This document shows, piece by piece, positions 1 through 12,200 of a stretch of 64,000 nucleotides of DNA. The position numbers and the translations under genes were made by a program. The notes under the pieces are model-generated. The model ran no database searches. It was given only the letters and a program-made list of their open reading frames with translations, and was not told where the DNA came from. Every line of letters starts with the position of its first letter. Position 1 is the first letter of the stretch. This stretch comes from Pavona decussata (Eukaryota): contig CDRNST010000067.1 of the NCBI GenBank assembly GCA_977016875.1, positions 2,294,001 through 2,358,000 of the forward strand, in the 5' to 3' direction.

Positions 1-864
1 TTATTTAGTAATGCTGGTATGGAAAAAAATATTTGGGTCCCCAATCATGTTAATCCAAGGTAATTTCAGCTGCCAAGTATCTAAACATGTAATCACACTT
101 TTCTGCTGAAGTTTACCTTTACGCTTACAGTCTAATGAAAAAATAGCAATAATAATGAGGTTCTGAGACTTATTGGTAAATTCTTGCTTTCGTTCCGATC
201 TTTACATCCTTTGTTCTTGGAAACCCAGCAAAGTTAAACCTCGTATACATTGACGTTCTTTTAAAAGCTCCAATAGTTTTTCGACACAATCTTCTATCAG
301 CTTACAATTGTGACGTTTCATTTATCAGTGCACATGTCCAAAACACTCCAGATTTCCCTTCACTTAAGACGAAAAAAAAACTGTTTTTAAAATATTTGGC
401 TAAAGGCATAACCTTTTCATTGAGAATTGTCCAAAATATGTGCGACACTGAAAAGATCAACATTTATTGGATATGATACTTACAATCTATCAGCCATTCA
501 CAACAAAAGAAACAAACAAAAAGCTCTTACGACGTTTAAAATTATATATGATATGTCCCACCCTATTTGAAAGACCTCTTTTCGAGTGATATCGGGACAT
601 CGGTGTATAATCTTACAACTTCAAGGTGGAATTTAGCCTTACCAGCAATTGAAACAGATTAATACCGGAAAAGAAACCTAAATTGCTGAATATTTTCGTT
701 CATTTAGTCGGCGGCAAGTTTGTTGTATCGATCTTATTGTCTGTTTCGGTTTCGTTGGCTGGTTAATTCATTGCTTGCACATTCTAAAGATTTCCATTTG
801 CTTACTTTCTCCAAACATTTGAAGTAACAAATATGGCGCCCATATTTTGTAAAGTCTTGGCTTG

Positions 865-1845
865 TTACATCCAACCTTGCCCGGTTGAAACGGATAGCCT
901 CGCATTGACAGCCTCGCGGTTCCATACCGAACACTTGTTAAAAGTAGCACCTACTCGTTGTCGAATTCCTCGATACCTCCAGCAGAGAATTAATGGGTTT
1001 ATTGAGGAATGAAGAAAAACCAAGTACCCTGCAAAATAGTTAACAGCTAAGACAATAATGTGAGAACCGTAAGTTTCTTTTACCATAAATGAGATGAGAT
1101 TTGGTAACCAACAAAGAATAAATATTATGTGCACATAGAAAGCATTGTTGGTTGATTTTTTTACCCGAGCCATGTTTGGTGTCTGGTTGTTAGACTGAAC
1201 TTGTAAATGACTTTGTATTTGATTTCTGTGACGCCGCGCAACTCTGTAAATGTAGAAATACGTTACACTTGTCGCTAAAACGCCAGAGATTTCAAGACAA
1301 ACAGCCACCATGTCATTGTATTCAGGCAGTAAAATGAAAACTGTGGCTCCAATTGCGCTAGTTGTCCATAAAAATAATAAAGTAAATAGGACGTTTTTGG
1401 GCGTTATAAGTTGGCAATATCTTAAGTGCAAAGAAACAGCCAGCAGTCGGTCGACCGCAATGGCAGCAACCGAGAAAAATGATGACAACGCAAACAAATA
1501 AAGCAGGAACCAAAACATCGTCATTGTTATAGGACACAGGAAATCAAAACGACTGGGATGCTCAGCTTGTTCGGTCTTCAGCATCACGAAGGTTACTGCG
1601 ATAAACATTTGTTGCACTAATAACCCAACAGCTAAATCAGAGACAGCGAGGTTTAGAAACAGTGCTTTCATACTTATTGTGATGGACGAGGATTTCCAAA
1701 GGGCAAATATGACGACAAGATTTCCGATGACCGTGACCAAGGAAGAGACGATATTCAACCAACAAAGAGTCGTCATGAAAGGTTCTTGGTGTAGAACAAG
1801 TTCGACTGATTCCGCAAGCTTATAGTGGCAGACTGGGGCCACCAT
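865..1845 (-). CDS. Class A (rhodopsin-like) orphan GPCR, cnidarian adenosine/melanocortin-receptor-like type, copy 1
   Basis: 326 aa, 7 hydrophobic helices, GN (TM1), LAVSD (TM2), DRL (TM3), CWLP (TM6), INPLIL (TM7). The stop has changed TGA->TGG, adding 2 aa relative to the other copies. Confidence 0.93.
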   Translation of the reverse strand: MVAPVCHYKLAESVELVLHQEPFMTTLCWLNIVSSLVTVIGNLVVIFALWKSSSITISMKALFLNLAVSDLAVGLLVQQMFIAVTFVMLKTEQAEHPSRFDFLCPITMTMFWFLLYLFALSSFFSVAAIAVDRLLAVSLHLRYCQLITPKNVLFTLLFLWTTSAIGATVFILLPEYNDMVAVCLEISGVLATSVTYFYIYRVARRHRNQIQSHLQVQSNNQTPNMARVKKSTNNAFYVHIIFILCWLPNLISFMVKETYGSHIIVLAVNYFAGYLVFLHSSINPLILCWRYRGIRQRVGATFNKCSVWNREAVNARLSVSTGQGWM

Positions 1846-3045
1846 TTTGAAGTCAGATCGAAATGGGATGTTCGCTTTTGACTGGCCTATTATGAAAGCA
1901 TAAAAACAGAAGAATAAGAGAAGATAACTACTATGAATGGGTACCAGCTGTGTCGATTTATGAAATTAATTCCTGCTTTGTACGTAATATCTGTTTACTT
2001 ATTTAAATTCAAAATTAAATATGTTTTTCAGTTACAATGAAAGCTAAGTGTCAAGACTATGTTACACTTCACGCTCTTGAAAATAAATCAAGATAGTTTA
2101 ACCATTAAGTCTGGAAGTTTTTCCATTTAAAGACAAACTGATGAAGTTGAAAAGACCTCTCTGATTTTTTACCTTCGATTTAGAAACACAGCTAGTTATT
2201 TCAAGCAATTTAAAATGGGCATTTATCGTTTTCATATTGGTTTTTCTTCTGTGGGAAATTTAATTACCGATCCGCCCCTATTACGTTATCTTTTGTTGTT
2301 ATTTCTCGTTGATAATAAAACTACGTGCTGAAAAACTATGGATTGCAAACACCAGGCTTTTCTAGAACAAACTTTGTCAAGAACAAGATAGACACTTTGT
2401 AAACTGTCTCGCCTTTAATTTATTATTCTGTGTGGGTCTTTCCGTTCGAAAAAAAATTGTTTTTGATTAAATTACAGAGGACAGCCTTCTCGAATTCTGT
2501 ATTAAAAGAAACCAGTGCGGTAAAAACAAAACTATATAACACTTCAAGATGAAATGAACACGAGTAAAATCAACTCTGAGAAATACGGATTTTAGGATGG
2601 CCAAAGAAATTTGTAGAGTTTGATATTAAAAGGCTATTTCTAACGGACACTTTTTAAAGTTCAGCGATGACAGAATCTTGAGTGACTTAAATTTCAAATA
2701 TTAGACTAAAAGCTTTTTTGGCCATATGTGACATATGTGATAGAAAACGCATTTTTGGTCAAACTTTGAGTGGTATCTTACGTCAAGTTTTGAAATCATT
2801 GAGGGTCAGACACGTACAATCGCTCTGTTGTATGCGTCGGACCCACATACTAAACGAAGGTATAACGGAAAGCTTGTAATCTTGTGCCATTAGACCTGAC
2901 TATCTCTGGGAGATCAGATCAATCCCATTAACAACTGTCGTTCATTGTTCATATCAGCAGCCACAACTGTTGATCACACCAATCTATGAATCACTAGTTC
3001 TTCTCAGCACCATTTCTTTTTGACATTTCACTGATTAAATTTCAG

Positions 3046-3219
3046 TTGATGGCAACTGGTCAACATGAGGAGCCTGGAAGAAGTGCAGTGCCACTTGCGG
3101 GGGAGGGACTCAAAAGCGTTCTCGCTCCTGTACCAATCCTTCAGCGGCCCATGGAGGAAAACCGTGTTCAGGGCCAAATGAACAGATTCAAAACTGTAAC
3201 ACGCACGTGATGTGTCCAG
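3046..3219 (+). pseudogene. TSP1 exon copy with in-frame premature stop (VDGNWST*)
   Basis: TGA at 3066-3068 where the three sister copies have TGG. Splice sites ttcag/gtatat are intact. Confidence 0.85.
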
Positions 3220-6200
3220 GTATATCATACTCTAGTGATTCTTTGGCTGCCTAAACAGGCTCTTTAGGTGTGGATGCCACAACTCAAAATCTCTCGTCAT
3301 GGAAAAGGCTATCGTAATACATTACATAAGATGGAAACCCAAAACTGAAAAGTTTTTGCTTTTGTTGTTTAATTTTAATCAGTGTTCTTTATCCGCAACA
3401 AACCTAGGACGCCTTTAACGTTATTGGTTCTCTCGGCTCAGAGGCCCGTTTCTCCAAAGTCCCGGTAACTTAACGGGCCCGATAAGTGTCTTTGGTGAAA
3501 AAAGGTTTCTTAACAGAAATGAATTTTTCGTAGCTTTGAATACTAAATTTTAGAATTTTATGATTGTACGAAATCATTGGCCAAGTACCATGTCTGTAAT
3601 CACTGTGTAATCGCCGAAAAAAAGTTTAAAATATACTTGTTGGGCCGTAGCGAGGGAGCTTGAAGCAACCGATATACGTATGGGGCCTTTCGTTCACCTT
3701 TCTTGCAAAATGCTAAGCATTGTGGTTGCGGTAAGATCAAAATGACAAGGCATTGTCGTTAATTTGTAAACACAACAATGAAACGCGCTGTTCTGCTCTG
3801 CTCTGCTCGAATGTTCGAATCGACGTATATTTTCTCCGTCTTAACTATACCCCCAATTTTTCAAAATGTTTTTACTTCGTTTATATTTTCTAAACTAAAT
3901 CGCCTTTAATTTCAGGACGCAATATATTGGCATTATGTAATCTAAATGTCTTGAAAGTTGCGTTGTTGACTTTGATTACACAGGTTGATTATTCCAATTA
4001 TTCGCGATTTCGTCTCGAATTCCACATAGTGCCATGTCTGCCTTCAGATTTTTTATTAGAGTGGTAGCTAACAAGTCGTACAACCTATCAATTTAGAAGA
4101 AACTAGAGAAGTAATCTTTAGTTGCCACGCAATTCTTGTGGCGTAACTCGAACAGTTTTGTTGATGAGTGGTTCGTTTTGTCGTTTCTGCCAGATTGCCA
4201 AGTTCCTGACTCCGATGGGCGATGACCCAGGATACGTAAAAAGTGCCAGGATTCTAACATGATCATTTTTTAGGCTTAGGCACTCAGGCTACACTCTGAT
4301 TTGAAGACTACCTTATCCGAAAAGCAAAGAATGCATAGAAGGCCTGTGTTTGTAGAAAAATGGCCTTACATCGAATGGTTCAGTTTTCAAAACTTTGGCA
4401 GACTAAATAACGGTGGCTACCGTGCCGAAATCGCTGAGACAGCGTCTTTCCAATCGTGCAATCTTCCATATCGTCTGTTATTGGAATTTTGTTTTTCATC
4501 AGGGCAAAACTACATTTCAGCTGAACTTAGACTCTTCAATATTTGAATGACATTTCAAATATCTTGCTGGATATTGACCGTTTTCAAATGACAAGCTTAA
4601 CATGACAACAGTTTTGACACGTGATATTTTATCACCTTAATTATGTGACAAAAACATCCCACACCACTTAACAAAGATTCCGTGAGGCAATCGAACGGCT
4701 TATGCATGAGCATAAATTTTCGATCCTGAAAACGAAACCTGTTTTCTCAAGTGTATTAAGACTTGACCAGCCTTATTATTATGCACATTTTTATTTGAAG
4801 TGGGAAGCATTTTTCCAATCTCTGCGAAACCTGGCAAACAGTTTAATATCGGTATCCTTATTACTTTTCCAAAATTTGTTGTATCAGATTCTAGTCACGT
4901 AAAAACGACTCATAACAGTTATGATTTTTACTGAAAAATGGGGTACAGAAAGCGACATTATTCTTATTCTCATTCTGAAGATTTCCATTTGCCTACTTTC
5001 TCTAAACATTTGAAGTAAAAAATATGGCGCCCATATTTTGTAAAGTCTTGACTTGTTACATTCAACCTTGCAATGTTGAAACAGATAGCCTCGCATTGAC
5101 AGCCTCGCGGTTCCATACCGAACACTTGTTTAAAGTAGAAATTACTCGTTGTCGAATTCCTCGAAACCTCCAGCAGAGAATTAATGGGTTTATTGAGGAA
5201 TGAAGAAAAACCATGTACCCTGTAAAATAGTTTACAGCTACGACAATAATGTGAAAACCGTAAGTTTCTTTTACCATAAATGAGATGAGATTTGGTAACC
5301 AACAAAGAATAAATATTATGTGCACATAGAAAGCATTGTTGGTTGATTTTTTAACTCGAGCCATGTTTGGTGTCTGGTTGTTAGACTGAACTTGTAAATG
5401 ACATTGTATTTGATTTCTGTGACGCCGCGCAACTCTGTAAATGTAGAAATACGCTACACTTGTCGCTAAAAGGCCAGAGAATTCAAGACAAACAGCCACC
5501 ATGTCATTGTATCCAGGCAGTAAAATGAAAACTGTGGCTCCAATTGCGCTAGTTGTCCATAAACATAATATAGTAAATACGACGTTTTTGGGCGTTATAA
5601 GTTGGCAATATCTTAAGTGCAGAGAAACAGCCAGCAGTCGGTCGACCGCAATGGCAGCAACCGACAAAAATGATGACGACGCAAACAAATAAAGCAGGAA
5701 CCAAAACATCGTCATTGTTATAGGACATAGGAAATCAAAACGACTGGGATGCCCAGCTTCTTCCGTCTTCAACATCACGAACGTTACGGCGATAAACATT
5801 TGTTGCACTAATAACCCAACAGCTAAATCAGAGACAGCGAGGTTTAGAAACAGCGCTTTCATACTTATTGTGATGGATGAGGATTTCCAAAGGGCAAATA
5901 TGACGACAAGATTTCCGATGACCGTGACCACGGAAGAGACGATATTCAACCAACAAAGAGTTGTCATGAAAGCTTCTTTGTGTAGAACAAGTTCGACTGA
6001 TTCCACAAGCTTATGGTGGCAGAGCTGGGCGACCATTTTGAAGTCAGATCGAGCTGGGATGTTCACTTTTGACTGGCCTATTATGAAAGCAAAAGAATAA
6101 GAGAAGATAACTACTCTGAATGGGTACCAGCTGACTTGGTGTATGCAATTCCTGCTTTGTACGTAATATCTGTTTACTTATTTGAATTCAAAATTAAAGC

Positions 6201-9200
6201 TGTTTTTCAATTACAGTGAAAGCCAAGTGTCAAGACTATGTTACACTTCACGCTCTTGAAAAGAAATCAAGATAGTTTAACCATAAAGTCTGAAAGTTTT
6301 TCCACTTTAAGACAAACTCATGAAGCTAAAAAGACCTTTCTGATTTTATACCTTCGATATAGAAACACAGTTACATTTATTTCAAGCAATTTAAAATGGG
6401 CATTTATCGTCTTCACATTGGCTTTTCTTCTGTGCAAAATTTAATTACCGATCCGGCCCTATTCATTATCTTTTGTTGTTACTTCTCGTTGATAATAAAA
6501 CTACGTGCTGAAAAATTATGGATTGCTAACACCAGGCACTTTTCTAAAACAAACTTTGTCAAGAACAAGATAGACACTTTGTAAACTGTCTCACCTTTAA
6601 TTTATTATTCGAATTTGCGTCGGTCTTTCCGTTCGAAAAAAAATTGTTTTTGATTAAATTACAGAGGCTGTATTAACATAACCAGTGCGGTAAAAACAAA
6701 ACTATATAACACTTCAAGATGAATTTTGAAATGAAAACGAGTAAAATCAACTCTGAGAAATACGGATTTCAGGATGGCCAAAGAAATTTGTAGAGTTTGA
6801 TATTAGAAGGCTATTTCTAACGGACACTTTTAAAAGTTCAGCGATGACAGAATCTTCAGTGACAAATTTCAAATATTAAACTAAGAGCTTTTTTGGCCAT
6901 ATGTGAGATATGTGATAGAAATCGCATTTTTGGTCAAACTTTGAGTGGTATCTTACGTCAAGCTTTGAAATCATTGAGGGTCTGACACGTATAATCGCTC
7001 TGTTGTATGCGTCGGACCCACATACTAAACGAAGGTATAACGGAAAGCTTGTAATCTTGTGACATTAGACTATCTCTGGGAGATCAGATTAATCCCATTA
7101 ACAACTGTCCCTCATTGTTCATATCAACAGCCACAACTGTTGATCACACCAATCTATTATCTACTTGCTCTACTCAGCGCCAATTTGTTCTGATAATTCA
7201 CTGATTAAATTTCAGTCGATGGTAACTGGTCAACATGGGGAGCCTGGGAGAAGTGCAGTGCCACTTGCGGGGGAGGGACTCAAAAGCGTTCTCGCTCCTG
7301 CACCAATCCGTCAGCGGCCCATGGAGGAAAACCGTGTTCAGGGCCAAATGAACAGATTCAAAACTGTAACACGCACGTGATGTGTCCAGGTATATTATAC
7401 TCTAGTGATTCTTTGGCTGCCTAAACAGGCTCTTTAGGTATGGATGCCACGACTCAAATCTGTCTTCATGGAACAGGCTATCTTAATAAATTACATAAGA
7501 TGGAAACCCAAAACTGAAAAGTTTTTGCTTTTGTTGTTTAATTTTAATCAGTGTCCTTTATCCGCAACAAACCTAGGACGCCTTTAACGTTATTGGTTCT
7601 CTCGGCTCAGAGGCCCGTTTCTCGAAAGTCCCGGTAACTTAACGGGCCTGATAAGTGTCTTTGGTGATAAATGTTTCTTAACAGAAATGAATTTTTCTTA
7701 GCTTTGAATACTAAATTTTAGAATCTTACGATTGTACGAAATCATTGGCCAAGTACCATGTCTGTAATCACTGTGTAATCGCCGAAAAAACGTTTAAAAT
7801 ATACTTGTTGGGCCCGGTAAGTTACCAGGACCGTTTCGAGAAACGGGCCCCTGGCCCAATCAAAAGACTGAGAACTGTAACATCATGGGCCGCAGCGAGG
7901 GCGCTTGAAGCGACCGATATACGTATGGGGCCTTTCGTTCACCTTTCTTGCAAAATGCTAAGCATTGTGGTTGCGGTAAGATCAAAATGACAAGGCATTG
8001 TGGTTAATTTGTGAACACTACAATGAAACGCGCTGTTCTGCTCTGCTCTGCTCGAATGTTCGAGTCGACGTATATTTTCTCTGTCTTTACTATGCCCCCA
8101 ATTTCACAGAATGTTTTTACTTCGTTTATATTTTCTAAACTAAATCGCTTTTAATTTCAGAACGCAATATATTAGCATTATGTAAGCTTAATGTCTTGAA
8201 AGTTGCGTTGTTGACTTTGATTATACAGGTTGATTATTCCAATTATTTGCGATTTCGTCTCGAATTCCACATAGTGCCATGTCTGCCTTCACATTTTTTA
8301 TTAGAGTGGTAGCTAACAAGTCGTACAACCTGTCAATTTAAAAGAAACTAGAGAAGTAATTTTTAGTTGGCACGCAATTCTTGTGGCGTAACTCGAACAG
8401 TTTTGTTGATGAGTGCAGTTCGTTTTGTCGTTTCTGCCAGATTGCCAAGTTCCTGACTCCGATGGGCGATGACCCAGGATACGTAAAAAGTGCCCGGATT
8501 CTAACATGATCATTTTTTAGGCTTAGGCACTCAGGCTACACTCTGATTTGAAGACTACCTTATCAGGCTACCGTGCTGAAATCGCTGAGACAGCGTATTT
8601 CCAATCGTGCGATCTTCCATATCGTCTGTTATTGGAATTTTGTTTTTCATCAGGGCAAAACTGCATTTCAGCTGAGCTTTAATTCTTCAATATTTGAATG
8701 ACATTTCAAATGTTTTCCTGGATATTGACCGTTTTCAAATGACAAGCTTAACATGACAACAGTTTTGACACGTGATATTTTATCACCTTAATTATGTGAC
8801 AAAAACATCCAACACCACTTAACAAAGATTCCGTGAGGCAATCGAACGGCTTATGCATGAGCATAAATTTTCGATCCTGAAAACGAAACCTGTTTTCTCA
8901 AGTGTGTTAAGACTTGACCAGCCTAATTATTATGCACATTTTTATTCGAACTGGGAGGCATTTTTCCAATCTCTGCGAAACCTGGCAAACAGTTTAATAT
9001 CGGTATCCTTATTACTTTTCCAAAATTTGTTGTATCAGATTCTAGTCACGTGAAAACGACTTATAACGGTTATGATTTTTACTGAAAAATGGGGTACAGA
9101 AAGCGACATTATATTAAACTTGTTTGTGCTTATTCGATGACCCTTTTAAAAGAATTCGTTCGCCTTTTAATGATGTCTGTAGGTCAACAGTTAATTAAGG

Positions 9201-12200
9201 AAAATAGGTTACATGAAATGACAAATAAGTACCACATTTAAAGGCGAAATTAGGTAGGCACAGTTGTAATAAACATTTCAATGTCAAACGTTTTCACCAT
9301 TTCGAGACGTCATCAACCAAGAAATGTCACGTAACACTTCGGTTTGATTAAGAAAGTCAGACAGTTTATTGAATAAATTTCCACCGATAGTGCAAATTCT
9401 TTTATCGACAGAGAATATAGTTTCCTTAAAATCTTTGCTAGGGGTCTTTTAAGGTAAATAACCTAGCCTTAAGTTACTTGAGTTTGTTGGACATTTTATT
9501 TCATTTCAGATTTTTTATTATGCGAGTTTCAACGTGCCATTTAATACACTTTGAGTTGTTATACACGTTATTTGTCCTTACTGAGTTTTCTTTCTTCACA
9601 TAGGCACAATGGGCCACTTTCAACCTTCCCTTCCTATTTTCAACGCAGTTCTGGTCTTAACAGTTCTTAACTCACCTCTCTCCCCACGGCAACATTCACT
9701 GCCGTTCCGGTATACTAGTTACTATGTTAACGTTTTTCATTGATGTATAACAGATTATTAGAATCGGGAATGTGAAAAGTAAGGCACAAGTAGTTGCTGT
9801 AACTCTTTTGAATGTTTGGCAATGAAATTAAACAATCGATTGACTTTCATTAGTCCAAGTCATTTAGTACCACCTCCATTAAACAAGCGCTGAACATTTT
9901 TCACAATTTAGTGGACGGGGGCTGGGCTACCCTCTAAGAACGAATCTGCCACTATTTTTCCATGTGTTTCACAAGCAACCTGAGGGCTAGTTTTATCTCT
10001 ATATTTTTTTGCCGGTTAATCTTCTTCCTCTTCCGCTCTTTCTTTCTCCTCTTCACCCTTTTCTTCTCATGAGCAGCAACGGTGTCTCGAGTCAAACGAC
10101 CGCTCGGATGCTGATGCAGCAATATAATGACCTGACATTTTTTATCCTGGTTTTCAAGTGTTTGAAGATGTTGAGTTAAAAAGTCAAGCTCATTACTTGC
10201 CCATATTTTGGGTATATAATTTGCTTCATACAATGAATTCTTGCATTCCTGTAATCTAAGAAATATTTGAAGCAGTATTCAAACAGTGGCTCTGTTGCAC
10301 AAGAACAAAGTGTTGCGGAATACCACTACATCAAAAAAATCACAGGATTCATTGAGAATCACTAAAATATTGGCGAGTTGTATATGGAATACATAAATGG
10401 AGGATGGCAGGAAAAGGGTCAGGTTTGTGATAGAGCAGTAAAGAAAAGTGGGTTGGACCACAATTTACAAAGGTATCAGCACCATATCCAGATCCTAAAA
10501 ATCCAGGGCATTACATGCGTGTTTTTGACACGTCAGCCCGACTAAAGATGGAAAATTGAGAGAAGTAGATAATTTTGCCCCAAGGGCAAACATCAGAAAG
10601 CTAGTGACACATACAAGTTAAAAAAACTGTCCAATGATTTGTGCGTGGAGGAAGAATATGTGGCTTTGTACGTGAAACATATGGAGGAGCTCAGAACAGT
10701 AGCCAGTATTGGAGAAAATGAGAGAAGGAAGAAACGTCAAACCGAAAGCAGCAAGAAGTATGAAGAATGTGATAGGCCTCTTTTGATCCAGTCTGGAACA
10801 CTGCAAACACTCAATGCCGGTAAACGATCCGGATATCATAAATATCTGGCAAAGCACAGCTTACCCACTGCTAGAAGAAAAGATGATAAGGTGAAGAGAA
10901 TCACAGCTGACTATTATATTCGTAACAACACCAATTCACCAATTCAGGGCTGATGTAAACCATTTGAAAATGAATAAACTTCAATTAAAATGTTAAAATG
11001 ATAAAATTTTGTTCTACTTCAATCAAATTTATATTCTTACTTTTCTATTAATTTACGAGTTGGCTCATGATAGCTTTGATCTGTAAAACTAAGCCAAACA
11101 CCTAACGGCAAACCCTCGTTTCCTGTCCATCTTCAATAGGCCTTATCACGGTTTTCGACGCCATTTTGACGAGTAGGCAAACGTTTGTATGGAAATCGGA
11201 TGTCAAATAATTCTCATAAAACATCGCTTCGGAAAAATTCATGAATTGAAAACTTTTGGCACTAGGAAAAAGATTTTAAGAAAAAAAAATCGGAGGGATG
11301 TAGCTGTGCCAGAAAGCGTCCACTCGTGTTTTGAACTTTCCATACATTTGCCTGTATTTTTTTCCCGCGAACCATTTTTAGTAGGAGTTCACGGCTGGTT
11401 CGCTATACAGACAAATGTATGGAAAGTTGAAAACACAACTGGACGCTTTCTGGCACAGCTACATCCCTCCAATTTTTTTCCTTAAAATCTTTTTCCTAGT
11501 GCCAAAAGTTTCCAATTCACGAATTTTTCCGAAGCGATGTTTTATGAGAATTATTTGACATCGGATTTCCATAGAAACACTGTTATTTCAAACGTGTTTG
11601 CCTACTCGTCAAAATGGCGTCGAAAACCGTGATAAGGCCTATTGCCAAATAACTCTGCAAGGGACTGAAAAAAGATAAACACACTTAAACATTACAATTC
11701 ATAAGACGGAAACAAAACTTTCCCATTAGGTAACAAAACAGATTTCGTGTTACAATCAATGCTTTCACCATCGTTTTTCCATTTCTTCTGTCCCTCTGTA
11801 GACCTATGTTATCGGTTTTACATGGAGTTTAGTTACTTAGTAATTGCTGGTATGGAAAAATGTTGGTAAAAATATAAAAAAGAAAAAGGAAGTGATCAAA
11901 AATTGTGGAATTTGGATCCCCAAACATGTTAATCCAAGGCAATTTCAGCTGCCAAGTATCTAAACATGTAATTACACTTTTCTGCTGCAGTTTACCTTTA
12001 CGCTTACAGTCTAATGGAAAAATACAAATAATAATGAGTTTCTGAGACTTGGAAAAAATGAGTTCCTGAGACTCGGTTCTTGGAAACCCAGCAAAGTTAA
12101 CGCTCGTATACATTGACGTTCTTTTTTAAACTCCAATAGTTTTTCAATACAATCTTCTATCAGTACAAGCTCTCTAAAGTTAGCTAGCCCTGTATTTTGC

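Noticed and set aside
1310-1501. Short + strand ORFs repeated inside each GPCR (also 5501, 13361, 21265, 39945, 49615)
   Set aside because: Antisense shadows conserved only because the GPCRs are duplicated
3066-3068. TGA as selenocysteine or a variant genetic code
   Set aside because: It aligns to Trp in three sister copies, no SECIS was seen, and TGA is a normal stop elsewhere in the window
4301-4902. Small ORFs recurring in several cassettes (MKTTLSEK..., MHEHKFS...)
   Set aside because: They lie inside the duplicated insertion, are broken in other copies and have no recognisable motifs
7165-7380. ORF-track peptide [12 protein letters not shown] (also at 15001 and 22855)
   Set aside because: Wrong-frame reading of the TSP1 exon
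8290-9950. Imperfect inverted match (ttattagagtggtagc vs gctaccctctaag) as TIRs of one element
   Set aside because: The interval includes native intron and the exon start, so it cannot be a single insertion; the match is short
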